Positions 25,611 through 35,592 of a stretch of 64,000 nucleotides of DNA are shown here, one piece after another. The notes under the pieces are model-generated. The model did no database searches. It was not told the origin of the DNA and saw nothing but the letters and a program-made list of their open reading frames with translations. The stretch covers positions 254,374 to 318,373 of IMG/VR virus record IMGVR_UViG_3300028840_008185; one strand, 5' to 3'. The position numbers and the translations under genes are program-made. Position 1 is the stretch's first letter. Each line of letters begins with the position of its first letter.

Positions 25611-28600
25611 TTATCGATCCTCAACCTCGACGGTTACGGTTCCTGGAGCGAGGAACTCGCTCTTCTGCGCTGAAATGCTCAGCTTGGTCCCGCTTACGTT
25701 TGCTTTGTTGAATCTTGAAATTGTAATTCTATCGAGACCTTCTACGTTATACGCATTGTTAATTATGTCTGAAGAATCTAGCGTTGTTCCCAAAGCACTT
25801 GCGCTCAGGGTGGCCGTAATGTTGTCTGCTACGTCTTGTCGCACCGTTGTCTCTCTATCTCTATAAGCAGTCGCTACAACAATTTTAGCATCTACATCAA
25901 GCTCAACCTTTGTAGCGCCCTTCACCAACACATCAGCGGTAATTGGCCTATTATCTTCTACGACATCTGTGGCATCCACAATTAGCTTGTTGTATTCAAA
26001 ATTTACTGTAATCCTTTCGTTTTCCTTAGGTGCAGTATAATCATAATCTGCGAAGTATGCAGCGTTTGCCTCTGGCTGATTGAAAGTATCAATCTGCATG
26101 GACCCCGAAATTGTAGCTCCAGAGTCCTGGAATCCAGATTGGCGGTTTATGGAAGATATATAGCCAAACACCTTATTGGTATAAGCGGCCCCATCTCTGG
26201 AATAAAACATATCTTCGTAGTCGTTCTCCTTGGCGTAGTAGAACGTAACTCTGAGATCAGTTCCAGTGACTATAGCATTGGTGCCGGTATTAGCAGCGGT
26301 AGCGGCCAATTGCACTTCGGTGCTAGTTAGAGTGGAAATCTCTATTGCGTCTGCACGATCCCAGCTCGAATCCTTGAGGCCATAGTTGGTCAAATCATAT
26401 GTGGTGTCCACACTTTCAACCAGACCTGCAACCGTTAACGATACTTCTTCAACCGACTCCACTCTAACTACCGAAATGGTGCTTGGAATGACCGCCGTGT
26501 TGGCGAGCCCCTCCGCTACCCTTATTGGTATAGAAAGATCTAGGCCAGCAGAAGTAGCAGTATATATAGCGGTGACCTTATTAATGGTTGTGCCGACTAT
26601 CCGTAAGGTTCCGTTTGACGGCAAGTTAGATGTAGTTAGCTTCAATATCGTAGGAGATCTGCGCTGGTTCGAAACGACAGTTGTTCCAGAGAACAGGTTT
26701 TGAACCGGCTGGTAACCATCAACTCCAACAAAAGAATTGAACCCATCTCCAGAGATGGGCAGTGATGAAATATCAGAATCAGGAACCAGATTAAAGAAGT
26801 CTGCCACATAGTTTGCTCTTACCGTTGTTCCAGAAGTAACTGCGGTAGAGGGAAGAATTGTAATAATGTTATTTATCACTCCAGCACTGCCGTATTCATC
26901 GCTGGTCGAAATGTCAACTAGATTGTATACAACCGTCACATTGTCACCAACTTGCGCCAAAGTATCCGATGGTAGGGTAATAAGCTTATTAGCGAATGTG
27001 CCGTCGGAAAGCGCAGTGTTGAATACTTCTGGGTCTCCAGTCAAAGTTGTGTCCGTGATGCTGTGGATGTTGCTTACGGCCCTAGTAACTTGAACGGTAG
27101 ATTGAGCCCCCACTACGGCGGATTCTGAAACGAAAGTATTTACCGCAAGCACACGGGTAATTGGGTATTCTGTCGTCACAAGCAAGTTGTTGTAGGCGTC
27201 CAGGTTGGCAGTGGTAATCTCATCTCTTATGTAATTTGGAAAGCCCCATTCCACTGAATCCTGAGCCGTGTTTAAAACGTCCGCAGGGTCGAAATTATCA
27301 AAATCTGTATACTGATCATACTCGCGAACCCAAATGTAATCAACCTGTAGAACGTCACTTGAAGTAGGCAAAGTTCTACCAGTTATGGTGATGCGGCCAG
27401 TTGGATTCAAATCTGCGGTGCTGTCTGGGTTCTGATCTGAAATCGTATATCTTTCGCCCGTAGTTAAGTTGAAAACACGACTCACGGTTTTTATTGGAGT
27501 GTGGTTCACAGTAACAGAACTTCTAGTGCTCCCGACTGTAGAGTTCTCATTCGTCACTTGAACATCCTGCCTAACTGCCGGAATATCAATCACATCGGTA
27601 AATGATAGGGCGTCAATTCCGTTGAAAGGCCCTTTAACAAGAGACTCATCAGTGAGTTCAATTTGAGTAGATGTCCACCTAAGCTTATCCAACCCAAACG
27701 CACTTCCACCAGCAGATCCTGTATCCTTGACCAACACATAGTTTCCCTGTAAGTTTCCAGTCTCGTCTAGGTATTGCTCAACGAAATTAGGGCCAGAAGA
27801 ACTGCCGCTTACGGAAGTAATTTCATTTACGGGCTGCGTAGGTATTTCTTCTCCATCCACAAATACACCAAGTCTGCGCGAGTTGAGCGTCAGATTTGTG
27901 TCGGGAGTTAAGCTGCTCTGACCCAAAATGAAATCATTGTCCGTATCGGTGGCCAGTTGCGTTCCGCTCTGATCGTAGTATATAAAGCTGTCTGAATCGC
28001 TTTGTAGGTTCTCACCCATCACATAGATGTCCACCCTGCCACCAGTTCCTGGTTCCGATACTATTAGGTTTCCATCACTATCAGTGGTGGTGATAGTTCC
28101 ATCTCTGATCATAAGGGGATCGCCCGGTTCAACCACCAAGGCGTCAATGGCATCAGCCAAACCTAAAACAAGGCTTCTGTAAGCCAATGAAGTTCCAACA
28201 TTGGCCCCAGCAAAAGTGGCCAAAACCCTGGTTCTGTAGGAAGGATCGTCTTCCAAATCTGTGCCGCCTGTGAAAGGAGCGACATTGGTCACAGAATTCA
28301 CACCAGAAACATTATGGTTAATCACGGAATAAGTTGAAATGTTGGCAGCAGAACCAATACTCTGCGCTTGGACCGACGCCTCAATGGCGAACTCATCGGT
28401 AATTCCAGCGGTGTCCAGCTCGTTACGCAGACGAGTTGCAGTAGCTCTCAGCGAGTTTGATTGAGTTTGTTGCACTACGATAGAAGAGACCGTAAGAAAA
28501 GGAATGCCATTTCTTGTGCGAACTACCGAGTCCTGAGGAATGGTAATGTCCGTATCTATTGACCTAAACGTAAACACCACTGTCCCGATTGCCCTGGTCC

Positions 28601-28847
28601 CAGTCCTTCTTGTGACGCCAAAGTTAGAGCCATAGTTGGTTAAATCCTGTCCAGATAGGTTCGAAACAGATTGAAGGGCAGAAATCTCCCTTAAAGCATC
28701 ATAGATGTTGGACATCTGGAATGCCTGAGCATCGACAAACAAATCCCTGGCCACAGAATTGGGTTTGGTGTCCAAACTTGGTTGGGTCAACCTTAGTCGG
28801 TCTAGTATGTCTAATACTATATCATTAAAGCTTTTAAATGTAACCAT
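25611..28847 (-). CDS. Baseplate J-like (gp6) protein with large insertions
   Basis: DLTNYGSNFGVTRRTGTRAIGTVVF, FTGGTDLEDDPSYRTRV, GRVDIYV; C-terminal LGTTLDSSDII...VEGLDRITI. Confidence 0.9.
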   Translation of the reverse strand: MVTFKSFNDIVLDILDRLRLTQPSLDTKPNSVARDLFVDAQAFQMSNIYDALREISALQSVSNLSGQDLTNYGSNFGVTRRTGTRAIGTVVFTFRSIDTDITIPQDSVVRTRNGIPFLTVSSIVVQQTQSNSLRATATRLRNELDTAGITDEFAIEASVQAQSIGSAANISTYSVINHNVSGVNSVTNVAPFTGGTDLEDDPSYRTRVLATFAGANVGTSLAYRSLVLGLADAIDALVVEPGDPLMIRDGTITTTDSDGNLIVSEPGTGGRVDIYVMGENLQSDSDSFIYYDQSGTQLATDTDNDFILGQSSLTPDTNLTLNSRRLGVFVDGEEIPTQPVNEITSVSGSSSGPNFVEQYLDETGNLQGNYVLVKDTGSAGGSAFGLDKLRWTSTQIELTDESLVKGPFNGIDALSFTDVIDIPAVRQDVQVTNENSTVGSTRSSVTVNHTPIKTVSRVFNLTTGERYTISDQNPDSTADLNPTGRITITGRTLPTSSDVLQVDYIWVREYDQYTDFDNFDPADVLNTAQDSVEWGFPNYIRDEITTANLDAYNNLLVTTEYPITRVLAVNTFVSESAVVGAQSTVQVTRAVSNIHSITDTTLTGDPEVFNTALSDGTFANKLITLPSDTLAQVGDNVTVVYNLVDISTSDEYGSAGVINNIITILPSTAVTSGTTVRANYVADFFNLVPDSDISSLPISGDGFNSFVGVDGYQPVQNLFSGTTVVSNQRRSPTILKLTTSNLPSNGTLRIVGTTINKVTAIYTATSAGLDLSIPIRVAEGLANTAVIPSTISVVRVESVEEVSLTVAGLVESVDTTYDLTNYGLKDSSWDRADAIEISTLTSTEVQLAATAANTGTNAIVTGTDLRVTFYYAKENDYEDMFYSRDGAAYTNKVFGYISSINRQSGFQDSGATISGSMQIDTFNQPEANAAYFADYDYTAPKENERITVNFEYNKLIVDATDVVEDNRPITADVLVKGATKVELDVDAKIVVATAYRDRETTVRQDVADNITATLSASALGTTLDSSDIINNAYNVEGLDRITISRFNKANVSGTKLSISAQKSEFLAPGTVTVEVEDR

Positions 28848-28856
28848 TTATCAACC

Positions 28857-29288
28857 TCATCCTACAGTGAGAGAAAACGTCTCTTCCACTATAGTTAATT
28901 TTTTCGTTAATACCGAAACAGTAATTTGGTATTGTCGCGGATCTGTCTCGTCTCTGGTAACTGAAATGTCCCTAACAGCCGCTATGGTCTCGCCAGCAGA
29001 AACATATTGAAACTGAGCTTGTGATTTCTGCAAAGCAATCAAGTTGCTAAGTGTGTTGGAGATGGCGCTTTCCGCCTCTATCTCTGCCATACTGGCGTCT
29101 AAGACCTGGCCAATCATAGCTGAAGACAGCAAGCTGCCATACCAGTTATGGAACCTATTGGAACCCAATGTTGTCAAGATTGCCTTAACAATATCTTGGA
29201 CCAATTTCTCATTGTCCCTGACCGTCTGTATGGTCCCATCGGGATTGATTTTCAAATCATTGGCTTCAATTCTCAGATCAAAAGACAT
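28857..29288 (-). CDS. gp25-like baseplate wedge/sheath initiator
   Basis: DIVKAILTTLGSNRFHNWYGS..L...DPRQYQITVSV; size and position upstream of the J-like gene. Confidence 0.88.
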   Translation of the reverse strand: MSFDLRIEANDLKINPDGTIQTVRDNEKLVQDIVKAILTTLGSNRFHNWYGSLLSSAMIGQVLDASMAEIEAESAISNTLSNLIALQKSQAQFQYVSAGETIAAVRDISVTRDETDPRQYQITVSVLTKKLTIVEETFSLTVG

Positions 29289-29302
29289 TTAGAAAGCCTC
29301 CA

Positions 29303-30940
29303 TTATTTGTTTTCGACACTTGATGCTCGTGACTTTTTCTTTTTACGAGTTCTTGCCTTTTGCTGTCGTCCCTGCTTCGTTCTGTCTTCTACAGTCTTCA
29401 CAATGCTATTCAAAGTTTTATACCAATCATTAATAGCCTCAGTCAAATCCTCAATCGCGCCCACGGCATTATCAAGGCTGGGCTCATTAATTTCCAGAGA
29501 TTCCAGTGCTGCCTTTAGCCTTTTGTCTTTCTTCATATTATCTACAGCATCGGCATCTAGCAACCCTATCAAAGCGTCCACATCAATCACAAAAAGGGCC
29601 GATATAACGGCCAGAACATCTGGGATCGAAAGACCGGTGAACTCACCGGTCATTGTGTCTATCTCGACGCGCAGCTTCTCAATCGCCCCGACCTGTTTCT
29701 TAATGAACTCCTCCTCTCTGCTTACTGCTTTTCGCAATTGCTCAGAATTAAAAGTGATCAGCTTGCTGAACTGATCGGTAAGCGCAGAAAAAGAGGTATT
29801 CTTCGTGTTGGCGGTCTTGGCATTGGTTTTGAGCAGCGTATCTTCAGTGGGCAACAAGGAAAGCAATATTTCTTCCCTGGCCAATTTATTCTGGAGATCC
29901 TTAAGTTTTCTTATGGCATTGGAATCAGATTCAAAATCAGCCTCAATCCGCTTGCCAAAAGGGCTTGCCCTTGAGGAAGAGGTCTTTATTGAGACTTTAA
30001 AATCCACCGACTTTGTAACAACCTCTTGTTTTTTCTTAATTTCCTTCCATTTTATTGCGAGCTGATAAAAAGCAGCAAGTAGCTTGTCTATTATAAAATA
30101 CTCTAGCAACCCGGCTTTCAAATTATTAAAGGACTCTATGTTTTCAGCACTCGTGACTGTTTCAACAGAATTCTGAAACTCTTGGTTTTTGGCCTGATCC
30201 GCAGCGGACTCAGCATTCGCAGCTGATATTAGTCGTATCCTCACCACCGTTTCTATAAATGGGAGTTTGAGAGTTGTTTGACTATCAACCTTTTTATCAT
30301 TTTCTTCTAGAGTAAAAGGTCTCGCAACTTCATTTCTCACAGGTAATATCACCTTATAAGAAGTCACAGGAGGTAGAAGTTTTTTAAAAGCCTGCCGCTT
30401 AAAATTGGTGTTTCCTACGGTTACAGGACCATATCTTTTGCTGTTCTTTTCAGAAACATTTGCGATCAAAGGAAGCGCATCTTTGAGGGCTTTAGTCATA
30501 TTATCATTACTATCTTCTGTGCCTACTGAGCTTTCTATTATAGATAATTCGCCTTCTCTTATGTTTAAGATAGTGCTTATTTTTCTGTTATTGCCCTCAA
30601 CCTTTATCTCCGTTTCAGAATTTTTGATCTTTTTGCCACTAAACTTACCTCCAAAGAATCCTGGGCTCAAAACCCTAGCGGCGCTCGCGCCTTCGTTGTT
30701 GGCCACTTTCTCCCCATCTTTTTTGTTCTCATCCTCTATTGTCACCAACATAGGAAGACCCACAAGCCTATAAAAAGCATTAAGACGCGACTCAGAGGGA
30801 ACTTTAAGCCCCTCCTTTGTCTTATCATCTGGAATGCGCTCATAGGCACGAATCTGATCTACTTCCGCCAACATATCTTTGGCGAACTTTATTACATCAA
30901 ATTTATCTAAAGCATTAGCATCAGGAGTATTAGAACCCAT
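29303..30940 (-). CDS. Hypothetical coiled-coil protein in the baseplate module
   Basis: 545-aa ORF, charged and helical, with a basic C-terminus (KARTRKKKKSR); no recognisable family. Confidence 0.7.
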   Translation of the reverse strand: MGSNTPDANALDKFDVIKFAKDMLAEVDQIRAYERIPDDKTKEGLKVPSESRLNAFYRLVGLPMLVTIEDENKKDGEKVANNEGASAARVLSPGFFGGKFSGKKIKNSETEIKVEGNNRKISTILNIREGELSIIESSVGTEDSNDNMTKALKDALPLIANVSEKNSKRYGPVTVGNTNFKRQAFKKLLPPVTSYKVILPVRNEVARPFTLEENDKKVDSQTTLKLPFIETVVRIRLISAANAESAADQAKNQEFQNSVETVTSAENIESFNNLKAGLLEYFIIDKLLAAFYQLAIKWKEIKKKQEVVTKSVDFKVSIKTSSSRASPFGKRIEADFESDSNAIRKLKDLQNKLAREEILLSLLPTEDTLLKTNAKTANTKNTSFSALTDQFSKLITFNSEQLRKAVSREEEFIKKQVGAIEKLRVEIDTMTGEFTGLSIPDVLAVISALFVIDVDALIGLLDADAVDNMKKDKRLKAALESLEINEPSLDNAVGAIEDLTEAINDWYKTLNSIVKTVEDRTKQGRQQKARTRKKKKSRASSVENK

Positions 30941-30943
30941 TTT

Positions 30944-32998
30944 TTATTCTCCCGCTGATGAGCCAACACCAAGTGGCTCTGGAATTCCGTCGCCAGGACG
31001 ACGCTCTAGCGCGGATGGCAAAATAAACTCGACAGTTACATAGCGAGTGCTGAAATTATATCCATCAAAGTCACTTACTTCATATCCATCTAAATCTGCT
31101 GAAATGTTAATTACGAGCGGCACATCGCTAGTTAGTGTCGCCGTATATTCTCCAGTTGGGGCTCCATATTCATCCAAAACTTCTGTGGTGGAAGAAATAG
31201 TGCCGCCATCAGCAGATATTTGTGCATTTAAGGTTCCTGCTGGAAGCCTCAGACCCATTATTCCGCCCTGCAAATCGATTGGCGTGAAATAACCATCTAT
31301 CTCTCCACCAACGATCTGGAAAAGCGGGTCGGCGCTCAACAGCGACTCCTCCTTGTCCATAATTGGAGGATAGATCTCATTGACATAATCAATCATATCG
31401 TCTTCGAAAGATTGAATGGCGTTTGTTATACAGGCAGCAACGCCAGGGGCTGCTTGGGCCATGGCGTCGTAATTATCCAAAACATATTGAGGATCCACTG
31501 TAATTGGTGCCAGCTGGGCCAAACAGGCATTGGTCTGGTTGATGACTGTATTTATATCCGGCAGTGGCGGCAAACTTGCTGGCAGTGTAAACTTCGCATT
31601 TGTCGAATCTCTTGAAGCACTAACAGCTGGATGGCATCCGACGCCAATCAAACCATACTTAAGGAGTTCCTCATGATTGATGTCCAGACTAAAGAAATAT
31701 CCGCTTCCCGCTATGGAAGAGGAAAAATAATTAGCTTGTCTCCACTCTATATATGCTGCCGGATCTGATCCGCCTGGATATGTCCAAATAGTGCTGCCAT
31801 CATTAAGCCTAACATTATAGCCATCATAGACCTGTTGAATTCTATACGTTCCGCTTTGGGCAGTATTAAAACTATCCACTATTTCCAAGTATCTTCCAAC
31901 CCAGCTACTGTCAAAAGTGTCTGTATCCGTTCCAAACCTAATGTCTTGGTTGCTTACGAGTGCCACACCACCCACTAAGTTGGAAAGGTAGCCATCAGAA
32001 AGAAACTCTCTTTGTAGTGCCTCTATTTCTAAACTTCCATTGCTCCTAACAGATGTAACCACATACGATTCATCATTTACAACACTAGGAGGAGTGCCAG
32101 TAACCTGATAGGCATCCAAAACATAAGCTATTTTATCCCTGTCCGTAATGGAACTATAATCAACGCCCGGAGGAAAGAAATCTCTAATAGTTAAAAAGTC
32201 ATTTCTACGAGCTGTTGAAGAGAACCTAAGTTCAAAATCAAGTGGCCCTGTTCCTGTGGTAAAAAAGGTTAATACGCCATCGCTTCCGTCGAGACTTCTT
32301 TGTTTTATTGCTGCTGGGCATTGATCATCACCACAGCCAAAACAGGCACCCCCAGCACCACCACAAGGAAGGCTGAAATCCTTAAGCAACTCCAATAGCG
32401 CCTTAATCATTATAAATAAGGCGGCTAGAGCGGATAAAATACCAATAACATTATACAATTCTTTCATAAGGCCAGCTATTTTAAAAGCAAGGGCAGCTTG
32501 GGCGTCAGCATTTCCACTATCAAAGGCATCCACGATTATCGACAAATTCTCTATAATATCAAGCAAAAGTGGAAGCAGAACCTCTAGTATATACTCCACA
32601 ATTGCTAGAATAATCTTGAGCAGGCAAACTATAATTGCTGGAACAGCAAGTTGCGGAAATAAAAGGATAAAATCTGGAAGACAGGTCCCAAATAATCTAA
32701 TTAGCGCCGGAATGAGAAGAAAGGGGTTGTTAATGGAGCAAAGAACCTCTATAATACACCCAATCATCTTGAGTATCGTAATAATCATGCTGTAGGCTGA
32801 TGTAAATGATGACAAAAGCCTCGATTGGTCAGCAATTACGTCGCCTATGTTCACAGTAGCGCTTGGGAGCGGCGACGGTTTTATTTTAGCCCCGCCGGGA
32901 CAAGTGCATTCAAGTTTATCAACCCACTCTGCATAGGTATTTTTAATCATGCCTTCATCTGGCAATGGAAATTGTTCTGGTTGATCTTGTGATGTCAT
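30944..32998 (-). CDS. Baseplate-associated protein with hydrophobic, Cys-rich N-terminal domain
   Basis: Residues ~60-205 are strongly hydrophobic with scattered Cys; five DGY motifs downstream; directly follows the spike gene. Confidence 0.65.
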   Translation of the reverse strand: MTSQDQPEQFPLPDEGMIKNTYAEWVDKLECTCPGGAKIKPSPLPSATVNIGDVIADQSRLLSSFTSAYSMIITILKMIGCIIEVLCSINNPFLLIPALIRLFGTCLPDFILLFPQLAVPAIIVCLLKIILAIVEYILEVLLPLLLDIIENLSIIVDAFDSGNADAQAALAFKIAGLMKELYNVIGILSALAALFIMIKALLELLKDFSLPCGGAGGACFGCGDDQCPAAIKQRSLDGSDGVLTFFTTGTGPLDFELRFSSTARRNDFLTIRDFFPPGVDYSSITDRDKIAYVLDAYQVTGTPPSVVNDESYVVTSVRSNGSLEIEALQREFLSDGYLSNLVGGVALVSNQDIRFGTDTDTFDSSWVGRYLEIVDSFNTAQSGTYRIQQVYDGYNVRLNDGSTIWTYPGGSDPAAYIEWRQANYFSSSIAGSGYFFSLDINHEELLKYGLIGVGCHPAVSASRDSTNAKFTLPASLPPLPDINTVINQTNACLAQLAPITVDPQYVLDNYDAMAQAAPGVAACITNAIQSFEDDMIDYVNEIYPPIMDKEESLLSADPLFQIVGGEIDGYFTPIDLQGGIMGLRLPAGTLNAQISADGGTISSTTEVLDEYGAPTGEYTATLTSDVPLVINISADLDGYEVSDFDGYNFSTRYVTVEFILPSALERRPGDGIPEPLGVGSSAGE

Positions 32999-33007
32999 CC
33001 TGTCTCC

Positions 33008-35581
33008 TTAAAGAACTACTCTTCCACTTCTACTTAAAAATCTGGGATTATCTTCAAAAAATTGTATAGTTTCGCCATTTAATATAATCCTGGGAGCCTT
33101 AAATACCATATCTTGGTCGCTTACAAGATTAAGCCTTGAGGCAGTTTTTATAGTTAATCCGGTTTCATCAATTACAAGAAACGTATCGTCCCCGTCCTCG
33201 TCTGGTCCATCCCTATCTTCATTTGCTCTTCTCACTCTTATGATTATTTTACCGCTTCTGAACTGCCTTTGATCTTTTGGAAGCGATACTGGACGCCCTT
33301 CTCCACGTCCAACAAATCTGGTGTCTGTTTCATCTCTGGCGCTCTCTCCCACATAATCAAAGCCGCCCACTTCTATGGCAATGTCTCCATCAGCATGAAT
33401 TATAGCGCTTCTGCCAAATCTATCGCGCCCAAGGCGACTAACAACTGCTCCAGCTGTGTCTATAACCCAAGAAACCCTGTCTATGGTGTTGGCCCCAATC
33501 GACATTTCTAAGCTTCCATCAAGATTAAGTTGGGCACTGCGCCCACCTGCATTTGGCTGTCCCTCAATCAAGCCAGTGAGTTCTTTATCTCTGACTGCTG
33601 CCGTTGTTCTAAGCGGGCTCACTTCGCTCGCTATGGCTGTTGGCCCAGCCTCTTGTGGTCTTATGGAAAACGAAATGCCTAGATTAGATTCTTCTGCATT
33701 ATAAGAATTACCAGAGCCCCGTGGGCCCTTTTCAAGCAGCAATGTCGTGTCGTCTTGAATGGTTTTTACGTATACAAAAGGGGCAATCTTAGTGTTATAA
33801 CCATCATCAGTATCGTCTAGTATCACAAATCTATCACCGACGGCAACTTCATCATCTTCAATAAACTTTGAAGAACTGGAAATGAATGTGTTGCTGCCTT
33901 TTGTGGTTCTACCGTCAAAACCACTTACGGTGGCGTTCCACTTGTCATCAAGGAATACAGTGGAGGCTCGCTTATTAACTATGTCCTCTTCCAAAAGTGT
34001 TTTGGCAGTATTCACTATGTTGTGAAATGCAGTGCCTGCTTCAATAAACTTTTCGAATCGAACTTGTTCGACATCTTCTCCATCTGAGCTTTCTTGCCAA
34101 TTTCCTTGTTTTTTGCTAAGCCTATTCTCTACTTGTTGTGGAGAAGGTCCCTTGATTGTAATACCACCGGGACCAACCTGCTCATGAAAAATATCCTTGT
34201 TCTTATCATTTCTGAAGAGAAATCGAGTATCGTCTCTAGCGCGTCCGTCTTCAGATTTTATCCTGCCCTCATCGTTTACATCCAATACACTTGAGGTTTC
34301 TTGTCTGGTAAGCAGTGGTATGTTTCCTGTCTCGGAAGTCGCCGGAATGTTAATTGTCGTCAAACCCTCTTTATCTACTCTCATAGCCCAACGGCTTCTG
34401 TCCCTAGCATTATTGGCGAACACTTTTATCTTGGGCGCAGATCTTAATAAGTCAGGTTTAACTTTCACTTCCTCATTATATCTCCAGCCCTTTCTGGTGT
34501 TTATTTCCATATGATACGCGACACTTCTGCGCGTATTTTCCATGATATTTTCCAATAGCACTCTTGAAGTGGTGCCCTTTGGAACGGGTATAACGTTCTT
34601 GTTTATATCCAAAACATTACCAAAAACATCTACGAGCGTGCCGGTCACATTCTCCATAAGCTCATTTGGATGAGTAAGCGACAGGCTCAGCACATTACTT
34701 CTTCTCTGCCTGCGCTCACTTAAATCTACAAGCGGCTTGTTTTTGTCGGTCTCAAGTCTGTCCAGTTCCTCTGTATAATCTTCTACATCCCAGAGCCTTC
34801 CATATTCAAGGATGGTCTCCCTCTTCTCAACGAACCCTGGGTTCCTTACTCTTTTATCTTCTCCAGAGTCGGTGCCACTAGCTGATGCTTCTCGGGAAAA
34901 ATATACAACATCTCGGCTTGGATCCCAACCCACTTCCTCTAGAACTGCCTCAGAATCCAAATCAATTAAGAAATCGGTGAAATCATCCTCTCCGTCCTCA
35001 ACTCTTATATCCCTTCTGATGAGACCTTCAGCACTGATTCCTGTTTGAGATACGCTATATTCGACGGGAGTGGGTTGAAAAACCGAGGCTCTGGTTGAGT
35101 CGTCGGGATCTCCACTTATCGTGAAACCCTCGCCAAGGCCGTTGTCCAAAATTACGAACCCATCACCATCCAATCTAAACTGTGCATTGTCTGCACTCTG
35201 CAAAACAACATCGCCATCATCCAGGAACGGAAAGCCAGTATCATCAAATTGTGCTTCGTCCACTGAAGCCACATCACTAGAATACATACCAGGTAATGGA
35301 ACAGTGGTGGCCATAACGTATCTTTCATGGGAAGACATAGCTACGGCAACCACGGTGCCTGGGCGAATTCCCACATAAACACCCTCACCGGCTCTCCCGG
35401 CAAAAGGATGAGGAATGGGAATGTCAGGCCCAGACTGTCCTGCCTGATCCATCCACTCGGTAGAAACAATCCCTCTGCCGTAGTCCACTTCGCTAACGCG
35501 ACATAAGCGAACTACATTTGAGACCATCCTACTGGGGCCTGTGCCATTTGTGCCACCCAAATGAACGTCAATATTAACCAT
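33008..35581 (-). CDS. Central spike (gp5/gpV-like OB fold plus beta-repeat C-terminus)
   Basis: CRVSEVDYGRGIVSTEW...PIPHPFAG..GVYVGIRPGTVVAV (OB fold); C-terminal GLTIKTASRLNLVSDQDMVFKAPRIILNG. Start moved to ATG 35581 (AAGGTG RBS). Confidence 0.75.
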   Translation of the reverse strand: MVNIDVHLGGTNGTGPSRMVSNVVRLCRVSEVDYGRGIVSTEWMDQAGQSGPDIPIPHPFAGRAGEGVYVGIRPGTVVAVAMSSHERYVMATTVPLPGMYSSDVASVDEAQFDDTGFPFLDDGDVVLQSADNAQFRLDGDGFVILDNGLGEGFTISGDPDDSTRASVFQPTPVEYSVSQTGISAEGLIRRDIRVEDGEDDFTDFLIDLDSEAVLEEVGWDPSRDVVYFSREASASGTDSGEDKRVRNPGFVEKRETILEYGRLWDVEDYTEELDRLETDKNKPLVDLSERRQRRSNVLSLSLTHPNELMENVTGTLVDVFGNVLDINKNVIPVPKGTTSRVLLENIMENTRRSVAYHMEINTRKGWRYNEEVKVKPDLLRSAPKIKVFANNARDRSRWAMRVDKEGLTTINIPATSETGNIPLLTRQETSSVLDVNDEGRIKSEDGRARDDTRFLFRNDKNKDIFHEQVGPGGITIKGPSPQQVENRLSKKQGNWQESSDGEDVEQVRFEKFIEAGTAFHNIVNTAKTLLEEDIVNKRASTVFLDDKWNATVSGFDGRTTKGSNTFISSSSKFIEDDEVAVGDRFVILDDTDDGYNTKIAPFVYVKTIQDDTTLLLEKGPRGSGNSYNAEESNLGISFSIRPQEAGPTAIASEVSPLRTTAAVRDKELTGLIEGQPNAGGRSAQLNLDGSLEMSIGANTIDRVSWVIDTAGAVVSRLGRDRFGRSAIIHADGDIAIEVGGFDYVGESARDETDTRFVGRGEGRPVSLPKDQRQFRSGKIIIRVRRANEDRDGPDEDGDDTFLVIDETGLTIKTASRLNLVSDQDMVFKAPRIILNGETIQFFEDNPRFLSRSGRVVL

Positions 35582-35592
35582 TATTTTACACC

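Noticed and set aside
29148-29774. 208-aa plus-strand ORF (and similar: 4393-4977, 13658-14194, 43134-43715, 60328-60843)
   Set aside because: Antisense shadows of well-supported minus-strand genes; no recognisable motifs.
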